Below, piece after piece: positions 1 through 7,887 of a DNA stretch of 43,817 nucleotides. This stretch comes from a virus (Duplodnaviria; Caudoviricetes), in IMG/VR virus record IMGVR_UViG_3300016669_000015, positions 1 to 43,817 of that record; one strand, written 5' to 3'. A program made the position numbers and the translations under genes. The notes below the pieces were generated by a model. It saw only the letters and a program-made list of their open reading frames with translations, did no database searches and had not been told where the DNA came from. How positions within the stretch are numbered: the first letter of the stretch is position 1; the number at the start of each line of letters is the position of its first letter.

Positions 1-1206
1 GTGGGGCGGACAGTTGAGAAGCTCACGGCGCTGGCCGTGAGCAGAATGAAGGAGGCGGGCTACCACGGCGATGGCGCCGGCCTCTACCTTCAAGTTTCGA
101 AGACTGGCTCGAAGAGCTGGATCTTCCGCTATACCCGCGCGGGCAAGCAACGGGAAATGGGCCTTGGTCCGCTGCACACCGTATCGCTTGCCCAGGCCCG
201 CGAGCATGCCAAGAATTGCCGATCCACCCTGCTCGCCGGCGGTGACCCGCTGGAGATTCGGAAGGCTGGCCAGCTTGAGGATGCACTGGAGCGGGCCAAG
301 GCCGTCACGTTCGACAACTGCGCCTCATCATACATCGCGGCGCACCGGGGCAGCTGGAAGAATGCCAAGCACGCAGCACAGTGGGAGAGCACGATCTTGG
401 CCTACGCCAGCCCGATCATCGGCGCGCTACCCGTCGCCGCGATCGATACCGCTCTGGTTGTAAAGGTGCTCCAGCCGATATGGCAGGAGAAGACCGAAAC
501 CGCGACCAGGCTGCGCGGCCGCATAGAAAGTATTCTGGACTGGGCGACCGTCAGTCGCTTCCGGATCGGCGAGAACCCGGCGCGCTGGCGCGGGCACCTT
601 GACCACCTATTGGCCGACCCGAACCGGGTGGCGCGCGTGGTCCACCATGCCGCGCTGCCCTGGCAGGAAATCGGCAGCTTCATGGTTGACCTGCGCCAGC
701 GCGAAGGCATCGCGGCGCGCGCGGTGGAGTTCGGCATTCTCACGGCTGCACGCTCTGGCGAGATTCGAGGCGCGCGCTGGGGCGAGATCGATTTCGACGC
801 CGCTATCTGGACTGTGCCGCCCGAGCGCATGAAGGCCGGGCGCGAGCATCGGGTGCCGCTGTCGAGCCGCGCGGTCGAGATCCTGTGTAAGGCGCCGAGG
901 CTGAGCGATGTGATCTTTCCTGGCCGCCGCGCTGGGTCACTACTTTCGGATATGAGCTTGACGGCGGTGCTGCGCCGGATGGATCGTGGCGACATCACCA
1001 TGCACGGATTCCGGTCGACATTCCGGGACTGGTGCGCCGAGTCGGTAGGCAATTCGTTCCCGCGCGAAGTGTGCGAGCACGCGCTGGCGCACAGCCTGCC
1101 CGACAAGGTTGAAGCGGCATATCGACGCGGCGACTTGATCGAGAAGCGCAAAGTTTTAATGCAAGTCTGGGCGGATTACTGTTCCGCAGTTAAATTAAAA
1201 GATTAG
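1..1206 (+). CDS. int: Tyrosine recombinase/integrase, P4-like, with N-terminal arm-binding domain
   Basis: DGAGLYLQVSKTGSKSWIFRY arm domain; catalytic R (TAARSGE), K (MKAGREH), HGFR, HALAH and Y (AAYRR). Confidence 0.96.
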   Translation: MGRTVEKLTALAVSRMKEAGYHGDGAGLYLQVSKTGSKSWIFRYTRAGKQREMGLGPLHTVSLAQAREHAKNCRSTLLAGGDPLEIRKAGQLEDALERAKAVTFDNCASSYIAAHRGSWKNAKHAAQWESTILAYASPIIGALPVAAIDTALVVKVLQPIWQEKTETATRLRGRIESILDWATVSRFRIGENPARWRGHLDHLLADPNRVARVVHHAALPWQEIGSFMVDLRQREGIAARAVEFGILTAARSGEIRGARWGEIDFDAAIWTVPPERMKAGREHRVPLSSRAVEILCKAPRLSDVIFPGRRAGSLLSDMSLTAVLRRMDRGDITMHGFRSTFRDWCAESVGNSFPREVCEHALAHSLPDKVEAAYRRGDLIEKRKVLMQVWADYCSAVKLKD

Positions 1207-1218
1207 AGGAGATCGCGA

Positions 1219-1839
1219 TTGGAAATTCCAACTGCAGTGGGAGCCATTGTTGCAGCAATGATAGGTGCGCTTATGGTACTTATATCAACAATATTAAGTA
1301 AGGAACAAAAAACTTCCGAATTTCGTCAATCGTGGGTTGATTCTCTGCGTAGTGACTTATCGGAATTCGCAGGGAGTGCAAGCTTACTGATCAACTACAC
1401 TGATCATAATTCGAGAAAGAACGAAACTGAGATAATGCAGTTTCTCTCAGAAAATCACGATCGACTAGAGAGGCTAAAGTCCTTAGCCATATCCATTACG
1501 TTACGACTAAACCCTAATGAGCACCAAGAACTGATCGGGATTGTTGAACGTTTCCTTGGCGATCTAATTAAAGAAATAGAGAATAAGTCCGATGACGATG
1601 AAAACTTCTCGCCAACAGAAAAAAAGTTAATTTCTGAATCTCAACGCATCCTTAAAGAAGAATGGGCTCGCGTAAAAAAAGGAGAAATAGGATTTCGTCT
1701 GGTTAAGTATGGATCTGCAATAGGTGCATGCGTAGCTCTAATATTTGGAATAGCGGCTTACTTGAATAATCGCGATGTTCAGGCGCCTCTTGGCATGAGT
1801 TGTAGCACACCAGTTCGTGCAGAATTTTTTCAAAACTAG
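1219..1839 (+). CDS. Hypothetical two-TM membrane protein (AT-rich cargo)
   Basis: AGAGGAGA RBS before TTG; hydrophobic N-terminus (AVGAIVAAMIGALMVLIS) and C-terminal segment (AIGACVALIFGIAAYL); sharp GC drop after int. Confidence 0.75.
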   Translation: MEIPTAVGAIVAAMIGALMVLISTILSKEQKTSEFRQSWVDSLRSDLSEFAGSASLLINYTDHNSRKNETEIMQFLSENHDRLERLKSLAISITLRLNPNEHQELIGIVERFLGDLIKEIENKSDDDENFSPTEKKLISESQRILKEEWARVKKGEIGFRLVKYGSAIGACVALIFGIAAYLNNRDVQAPLGMSCSTPVRAEFFQN

Positions 1840-1988
1840 CTTAGACTATGAAGCTAACTACGGAAAGCGGAATTCTCTTTTTAAACCATAAGCTTACGCA
1901 CAGGTGACTGTACTATGGAGTCCCCTTCCGTAGCCACGCAAGCCCTTGTTTCTATTCATTTCAGCAAGTTTGAATAGTACAGCTTGGG

Positions 1989-2222
1989 CTACAGCTTTAT
2001 CTGCTCCTGGACTACCGGCTCATCCTCCAGCATAGTGCGCAGCGAGTCGGCCAGGATAGGTGCCGTCGACGACGAGCCCTGTCGGAAATAGTCGTGCGTG
2101 CGCAGCGCGAGCGCGCGCAGCCGCGCCACCTCCCACAGCAGCGCGCGAACGTCGGTCGAGTCAGCGCTGCGCTCCTGGATCGCAGTCAAGTCGTCCTTGG
2201 TCAAAGCGGGCTTGAAGCGCAT
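1989..2222 (-). CDS. Small hypothetical protein (MRFKPALTKDDL...)
   Basis: GC-rich, helical ORF; start placed at ATG 2222 (track gives 2240). Confidence 0.65.
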   Translation of the reverse strand: MRFKPALTKDDLTAIQERSADSTDVRALLWEVARLRALALRTHDYFRQGSSSTAPILADSLRTMLEDEPVVQEQIKL

Positions 2223-2269
2223 GGTAGGATTACTATTCATGCATAAAGTTTTTGGACTTTAGGTTTAGT

Positions 2270-2297
2270 AAAAAAGCCCACTACAGTGGGCTTTTTT
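2270..2297. terminator. Bidirectional-type intrinsic terminator after the HEPN pair
   Basis: AAAAAAGCCCACT-AC-AGTGGGCTTTTTT perfect inverted repeat. Confidence 0.85.
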
Positions 2298-2299
2298 GG

Positions 2300-2827
2300 T
2301 CACTTTATTCGTGTGATAGTCGGCCTCCCACCTTTCGGTGGGGCTGTTGCTATGACCGAATTTTGATTTGGTGGGACGAAGATATTTTTAGCAGGCGTAG
2401 GTGCAGTTGGCATTGCAACGGCGGATGAAATACCGTGCAATTTGTTTACAACTTGATCAGCATAGGCGACCGAGTTAGCCGCATCAGTAGCCGTAACGCT
2501 TGCGCCAAGCTTGTAATCGGACGTAACTCGAGCGGCATGCAAAGTTTTCATTGCGTAACCGACAGATTTCGAAGTCAAATACATTGACCCCGTTTTGGGT
2601 ACCGTGGGATGAATCAACTGATCGATTAGATCAGCGTGCAACCCCCCTGCGGATTCTGATGTTAAACATCCTGGGCTGGGCAAATTCTTATGGAAAGACT
2701 TTCCTTCCTCATAGATTGCGTAATATGCCCGCGAACATACTCCTCGCCAATCCGCCTCACACGCAGCATTCGAATAGCTTTTTTTCGCGGCGCTAATCAA
2801 ATCAGAATAGGAGACACTCATACGCAC
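2300..2827 (-). CDS. HEPN-domain protein (UPF0332-like), putative RNase toxin/effector
   Basis: CSRAYYAIY, HADLI and LHAARVTSDY match the SRxYYA / H / RxxxDY pattern of this HEPN group; Pro-rich tail; start may be Met at 2821. Confidence 0.7.
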   Translation of the reverse strand: MRMSVSYSDLISAAKKSYSNAACEADWRGVCSRAYYAIYEEGKSFHKNLPSPGCLTSESAGGLHADLIDQLIHPTVPKTGSMYLTSKSVGYAMKTLHAARVTSDYKLGASVTATDAANSVAYADQVVNKLHGISSAVAMPTAPTPAKNIFVPPNQNSVIATAPPKGGRPTITRIK

Positions 2828-3564
2828 GTACCAGCAAAAGAAACATGCATTGCTCCTGGAAGTGACACCCTTCTTTCTTCTATCAAATCGATGAAATCGA
2901 AAACCATAGAGGCTGCTGCAGAAGGAGCTGCTGCAACCTCATAAGTAAGATGAACTGTTCGTAGCTCACCCGGGACATCTATCACATCAACTCGAGGGCC
3001 GGCACCTTGAAACATCAAGCCGCGCGAACGCAAAACATCACCAGCCACTTCCATAATTTCTGCGGCTTTACTATCTGTCACTCCAAATTCGTTCAACAGT
3101 GCGCTCGCAGCCATAATCTTCTCCAATGGCAATGAATCCAAATTGGTTAAACGCATGCTGCGGGCCAGCGGCACAAATTTTGCTGCCGAGTTAAATGCGC
3201 CGATTGCGAAAGCAAACCGCGCATAGAAAGAAAACTGGCTATCTTTTGGAGCACCATATCTCGCAAATAGAAGTTGTGCTTCCCTACAGCGGCTAAAATT
3301 TGTAAGTATGATGAAGTGAGTAATTTCGTCATATACTTCCATCTCCCCCAAAGCTTTAAGCGCCCCTGCTAGATTACCCGTAAGATGCAAAACAAGCGCC
3401 TCGAGCTTAAGCGCCTCATCATAATCCGCATGGGCGAGAAGCTTAATTTGATCAATCAATGCGGTGATTTCAGGTGAATTAGGAGAAATAAATTTCCCAC
3501 GCTCAATCAGCTCATTCAGAGGCTCGGAAATTTCGAGAGCTTTAGTTTTAATTTTTGCTGTCAT
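2818..3564 (-). CDS. Hypothetical protein, overlapping partner of the HEPN gene
   Basis: 248-aa AT-rich ORF overlapping the HEPN start; helical, TPR-like N-half and beta-rich C-terminus. Confidence 0.75.
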   Translation of the reverse strand: MTAKIKTKALEISEPLNELIERGKFISPNSPEITALIDQIKLLAHADYDEALKLEALVLHLTGNLAGALKALGEMEVYDEITHFIILTNFSRCREAQLLFARYGAPKDSQFSFYARFAFAIGAFNSAAKFVPLARSMRLTNLDSLPLEKIMAASALLNEFGVTDSKAAEIMEVAGDVLRSRGLMFQGAGPRVDVIDVPGELRTVHLTYEVAAAPSAAASMVFDFIDLIEERRVSLPGAMHVSFAGTCV

Positions 3565-3854
3565 TTTTACAATAATATCGTTGCCGGCTAAAGAGATTTA
3601 TGCCGTTGACCAACGCGATACGAACTGGACGGTACTATGTTTCAATCAACGTGTCTGTGAGGGCCATCACATCTCCAGCTATTTATTGCAGAAAAGTCAA
3701 CGGTTCGATATTTTCCGAAGGAAGATTAAAGGCTGACCGCAACACAGCCAAGCCTGTAGACAGCATCAGTATGACACGCTTGCAGGACGTATGCTTTCGA
3801 TGCTGCAAACGCTGCAGAGATGTCGGCAGTATGACGTGTGCAAAAAATTATCTG

Positions 3855-4097
3855 CTATTTCGGCCAGGCCTGCACCGTCTTCGCGTGGCGCGCCGCGCAC
3901 GTAGCGTACTGGCCGAGCAACTCGTTCATCCATTCCTGCCACGCGTCGTAGTCGGGCGCGGCCGGACGCTTAACTACCGGGCAAGGCTCCGCCAGTGCAC
4001 TATCGAGGGATGCTTTTGTTGGCGGCTTCGATTGCGGCGTCGAGGTTGCGCACGCGGTCAGCATCAGGCACGCAACCAGCAGGCAGAGGTTTCGCAT
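3855..4097 (-). CDS. o-spanin (Rz1-like lipoprotein)
   Basis: Signal peptide with lipobox LTAC, Pro-rich, CxxRH end; overlaps the i-spanin 3' end by 98 bp. Confidence 0.85.
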   Translation of the reverse strand: MRNLCLLVACLMLTACATSTPQSKPPTKASLDSALAEPCPVVKRPAAPDYDAWQEWMNELLGQYATCAARHAKTVQAWPK

Positions 4098-4410
4098 TGC
4101 GCAGCTCCTTGGTGAGCGCCGACATTCGCGGCGCCAGGGTGGATTGAATGGCGGCGAACTCGGTAGCCGCCGTGGTGATTCGCATGGCGTCGGCCTGCAG
4201 CGTGGTCAGTGCCAGCTCCGACTGGCTGCGCATGGTTTCCGCGTGCGCGCGCTGCAGCTCGGCGATCTCGGCGTCGTGCCGCCATCCGTTCGTGAACCAG
4301 CCGGCGGCGCCGGCCAGCACCGTCGCCAGCAGCAGGACCAGGCCGGCCAGCAGCGCACGCGAAGATGCGGCGACGGCCGGTGCGGCGGCTGCCGCTACGA
4401 CCGGGATCAT
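4000..4410 (-). CDS. i-spanin (Rz-like)
   Basis: ATGA-coupled to the endolysin stop; N-terminal TM, then GWR, coiled coil and C-terminal Cys. Confidence 0.8.
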   Translation of the reverse strand: MIPVVAAAAAPAVAASSRALLAGLVLLLATVLAGAAGWFTNGWRHDAEIAELQRAHAETMRSQSELALTTLQADAMRITTAATEFAAIQSTLAPRMSALTKELRNAKPLPAGCVPDADRVRNLDAAIEAANKSIPR

Positions 4411-4895
4411 GGCAGCCCCTTCAGGCACAGCTCGCGTTCGGCTTGGCGCCGGCGCGTGAGGCCGCGCACTTCCTTGCCGCCGACCTTGTTCCACATGAGC
4501 AGCGCATTGCAGGCGCCGACCATGTCGCCCGCGTTCGTGCGCCGCGCCATGCTCGAGCCACAGAAGCCGCTCACGCCGATGTTGTAGGCCACGTCGACGA
4601 AGGCCACCTTCTGGCCGTCGGTCAGGCGCGCGAGCGGGATGCACATCGCGATGCCGGCGGCGTGCCGCTCGAGGTCACGGTCGAGCTGAGCGCGGCACTG
4701 CGCGGACGTGTACGTCTTGCCCCAGGCCGCGTTTTCGGTCGCGCCGGTGCAGTACGTGAGTACCCCGGCCATGTCACGGTAGGTGGACAGCTCCGTGCCT
4801 TCGAACGCCGGCGTGAAGCTGAGCAGCGCCGTCGCGGCCACGGCGCCGACCAGCGCGACCAGGCCGCGCCGCTGGGTAGGTGCGCTCTTAACCAT
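4407..4895 (-). CDS. Endolysin, GH24 lysozyme with probable SAR anchor
   Basis: FEG...YRD...TYCTG gives the E-8x-D-5x-T triad; Ala/Gly-rich weak N-terminal TM; GLTRRRQAERELC. Confidence 0.93.
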   Translation of the reverse strand: MVKSAPTQRRGLVALVGAVAATALLSFTPAFEGTELSTYRDMAGVLTYCTGATENAAWGKTYTSAQCRAQLDRDLERHAAGIAMCIPLARLTDGQKVAFVDVAYNIGVSGFCGSSMARRTNAGDMVGACNALLMWNKVGGKEVRGLTRRRQAERELCLKGLP

Positions 4896-5100
4896 TGCCG
4901 GTCACCGACGGTTGTGCCACCACGCGCGCGATCGCGGCGCCGAGCGAGGTCAGGCCAGCGGCCACCACCAGGATGGGCGCGGTGCCGCTGGCGTACATGT
5001 GCATGCCAGCCTCAATGGCCGAGGCGAAGGCGGCCAGCAGCGCGAAGCGTACCGACCAGAGTTTGGGGAACTGCTTGCTTGCGTCTTCGATGAAGTTCAT
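4888..5100 (-). CDS. Holin-like small membrane protein
   Basis: MNFIEDASKQFPKLWSVRFALLAA..., two hydrophobic helices, ends ARVVAQP; directly precedes the endolysin. Confidence 0.7.
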   Translation of the reverse strand: MNFIEDASKQFPKLWSVRFALLAAFASAIEAGMHMYASGTAPILVVAAGLTSLGAAIARVVAQPSVTGNG

Positions 5101-5381
5101 GGTTTTTCCTGTATTGGCAAATGCGGCTTTGCTTCGGGGGCCTGCAGCTGCGCGAGGAATTGCGCCAGGCGCACTTCCCGCTCGTGGCACTCCAGCTCGG
5201 CCAGCCGGTTCTCGCGCGAATTGCGCTGGTGCGTGTACCAGGCGTTCAGCAGGAACGTCAGCAGTGCGGTGAGGATCCCGACGATGACGCCGACTTGCGT
5301 CAGGGTCAGGGAGGTAGCGACCGTTACAGCAGCGCCGGCGTAGCTGCCGACTTCCGGCGGGGTGGTCTTGCTGATGCTCAT
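5097..5381 (-). CDS. Holin (HP1-like)
   Basis: SYAGAAVTVATSLTLTQVGVIVGILTALLTFLLNAWY followed by a charged tail; first gene of the lysis cassette. Confidence 0.75.
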   Translation of the reverse strand: MSISKTTPPEVGSYAGAAVTVATSLTLTQVGVIVGILTALLTFLLNAWYTHQRNSRENRLAELECHEREVRLAQFLAQLQAPEAKPHLPIQEKP

Positions 5382-5402
5382 TGGCGCCTTTCGATGGGGC
5401 GT

Positions 5403-5425
5403 AAAAAAGCCCACCGAAGTGGGCT
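5403..5425 (-). terminator. Intrinsic terminator between tail and lysis genes
   Basis: Minus strand AGCCCAC-TTCG-GTGGGCTTTTTT. Confidence 0.8.
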
Positions 5426-5467
5426 GGGTCTTGCGGTTTTGTGCCGGGCCCGGGTGGGCCGCGAGGA

Positions 5468-5806
5468 TTACAGCCGTGCGGCGGTGGTGAACAGTTCGTC
5501 GAGCGCGTCGTCATCCAGGCCCAGCGCGGCGCCCATCATCGTGACCAGCGGGCTGTTGCGCGCGACGACGCTCGAGTAATCCCACTCGATGCGAGCGGCC
5601 TCGCTGTCCGGACTCGGCAGCGAGGTGATGGCTGCGTCGACCTGTCCCAGCACGCCGCGCGCCAGGAGCGCCAGCCGCGCTTGGCGCATGCTCACTTCCT
5701 GTGGCACCGTCGGCTGTTGCACATCCTCCGCGCGCGACTCGATCTCGGACAGCTCGTCGGGGGTGGCATCGCGCACGACGCCGTCTACCATTACTTGGAT
5801 CGTCAT
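5468..5806 (-). CDS. Tail-fibre-associated (assembly-like) protein
   Basis: VPQEVSMRQARLAL...ARIEWDY...LDELF pattern typical of genes following phage fibres. Confidence 0.6.
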   Translation of the reverse strand: MTIQVMVDGVVRDATPDELSEIESRAEDVQQPTVPQEVSMRQARLALLARGVLGQVDAAITSLPSPDSEAARIEWDYSSVVARNSPLVTMMGAALGLDDDALDELFTTAARL

Positions 5807-6838
5807 TTATGAATTCCTGTGACCGAAGACGCGGATCGTTCCTGCGGCGAACGTGCCCGCAGTGACAATCAAGCGGAAGCCCGACACCGCGGATGTGCCC
5901 GTGAATGCACCCTCCGCAATTAATGCGATTGGAGTTGTGTAGTCCGAGCTGAGTCCGACACCCCGCACACCCAGAGACTTAGGTGTACTTGAGTTTGCGT
6001 TGCGCAACTCCAACGTCAGCGTCACTGCTTGAGCCGATCCACTTGAAATTGTCGCAACTGCAAAGAAGGAGTCAAAGGTAGAGAGGTTGCTGTTATGCGG
6101 CACCGGCCCACTATGACCAACCGTTGCCACGGCCCCTGCTACTGCCATGGACATACGCAGAAAAGCGCCCCCACTGGTGGTACGCAACCCTTCGATTTCG
6201 ATCGTGTACTTGTCGTAGTCAGCAGTGCAAATATTCAGAAAATCGATGGTCGCTACAGGACTCGAGATAGTGGCGCTGGCCAAGGCAAGCATGCCATTTG
6301 CACCAGGCTGGCCACGATCGCCGTTGCGCTGAAAAAACAGCATCAGGGCGTCACCCGCAGCAAACGGGTTGGCTGCGCTGCTGTCTGTGCAAACGACGGT
6401 GAGGTTGCGGTATCCCGTTGGCGCAGCGCGCGCGGTGACGTCGAACATCATCCATTTGCTCAGGTCGCCCTGCTTCACCAGGCGGATCGAACCCTTGATG
6501 ACGCTGGTCGAACTGTCCATTGTATCGATCTGCTTCGTGTAATCCTGCCCACCAGCGGTCAGGTCGAGGCGCATCACCGTAGCCGCGCTCTGCGTTGCAC
6601 TCGACAGCCGCAACTTTCCGGCGCCGGGGTCAGCGTCTGCAGTGGCGGCATCGAAGGTGTATGTCAGTGCGTAGGCGCCGCCGGCAGCCGCAGCACTCAT
6701 GTTCGCCTCGGTCGCGTTGGCCTGCGCCCCCCAGATCGGAAGGTCGCGCATCAGGCCCGACATTTTATTGTCGAAGTCCAGCTGGTCCTGGGACTGATCC
6801 GGCATCTGGGCCGGGTCGAGCAGTACGGTAATAGTCAT
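5807..6838 (-). CDS. Putative tail fibre/receptor-binding protein
   Basis: Last large tail gene; short collagen-like linker GDRGQPGANG; beta-rich C-terminus with lower GC. Confidence 0.6.
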   Translation of the reverse strand: MTITVLLDPAQMPDQSQDQLDFDNKMSGLMRDLPIWGAQANATEANMSAAAAGGAYALTYTFDAATADADPGAGKLRLSSATQSAATVMRLDLTAGGQDYTKQIDTMDSSTSVIKGSIRLVKQGDLSKWMMFDVTARAAPTGYRNLTVVCTDSSAANPFAAGDALMLFFQRNGDRGQPGANGMLALASATISSPVATIDFLNICTADYDKYTIEIEGLRTTSGGAFLRMSMAVAGAVATVGHSGPVPHNSNLSTFDSFFAVATISSGSAQAVTLTLELRNANSSTPKSLGVRGVGLSSDYTTPIALIAEGAFTGTSAVSGFRLIVTAGTFAAGTIRVFGHRNS

Positions 6839-7878
6839 ACGGTTCCTTCAATTTGCATTGACATGTTCCAGCGGGATTTGCCCTTGACCACAGGCTTGAG
6901 ACTCGAGTAGCGGCCGTACGCAATCGCCAGGCCGTAGTTGAGCGACCCAACCCACACAATCGGCCGCTGCCGGTACTCGGCCAGCAGCTCGTAGACGGCG
7001 TCGACTCGCGATGCATCCACATCTACGTCCGCGCTGATTCGCTTTGCCCAGTTCCGGATCTGGGTTTTGCTGGTGCCGTCGAAGTTGAACGAGGTGTCGG
7101 AAAAGTCTTTGATCTCGGCGCCCAGCGTCATCAGTGTCTTGCCCAGGTCGGCGGTCGGCCCGATCGCGCACATGCCGCACTTGGCTGTGCCGCCAGGCTT
7201 CTTGATCGTGATCGTGATCAGGGCGTTTGCGAACGGCGGCAGCTTCAGGCTGACGGCCCAGGTCTTGCGCCGTATCCGCTTGAAGCTCCAGTTGAAGAAG
7301 CTCGACCCCGACGTCGACACCTTGAGCGACTGCTCTTCGCGGTAGACCAGCCCCTTCGTCCGGTCGACCACAGACACCCTCACCTCGCCCGCATCGACAT
7401 TGCCGATGTAGAAGCCCTGGCTGATCACCTGTGCTGAGGCCACGATGATGATTTCCTCGGGGTTCGAGGTCTGCGTGTTGTTGTACTGGTCGAGCATGGC
7501 CCAGCGATTGGCCGCGCCGCGCGGCGCCCAGGCCGCCGTGTCGGTCAGCGCCTTGCCGACGTTGCCGGCGACAAGGGATTGGAACACGTTGTGACTGCCC
7601 GGGTCGTAGACCAGCGCATCCTTCGCGTACGTCATGGCCGCGTTGTAAGCCGGCTCGACGATCGGCACGTTGGAATACACCAGGCCCGCGCCGGCGCTGA
7701 TCACTTCCGCGGCATCGAGCAGGACATACGGTGCCCGGCTCAGGTCTGCCGGGTCGTACGTCACGCGCAGCACGTTCGCCGGTGCCATCTGCTGCACGCC
7801 ATTCCGGTCGTAGTACGGTGCCGGCGTGGCGCGCGTGCAGGTAACGTCACCCAGGGTGACGGGTTCGATGATATCCAT
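6835..7878 (-). CDS. Tail-tip/distal-tail candidate with a carbohydrate-binding-like insert
   Basis: Directly follows the tape measure; YNAAMTYAKDALVY...W resembles a CBM5/12-type motif. Confidence 0.55.
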   Translation of the reverse strand: MDIIEPVTLGDVTCTRATPAPYYDRNGVQQMAPANVLRVTYDPADLSRAPYVLLDAAEVISAGAGLVYSNVPIVEPAYNAAMTYAKDALVYDPGSHNVFQSLVAGNVGKALTDTAAWAPRGAANRWAMLDQYNNTQTSNPEEIIIVASAQVISQGFYIGNVDAGEVRVSVVDRTKGLVYREEQSLKVSTSGSSFFNWSFKRIRRKTWAVSLKLPPFANALITITIKKPGGTAKCGMCAIGPTADLGKTLMTLGAEIKDFSDTSFNFDGTSKTQIRNWAKRISADVDVDASRVDAVYELLAEYRQRPIVWVGSLNYGLAIAYGRYSSLKPVVKGKSRWNMSMQIEGTV

Positions 7879-7887
7879 CAGGCTCCT

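Noticed and set aside
1908-1982. CTGTACTAT/ATAGTACAG inverted repeat
   Set aside because: Only 9 bp with a long spacer and no supporting context
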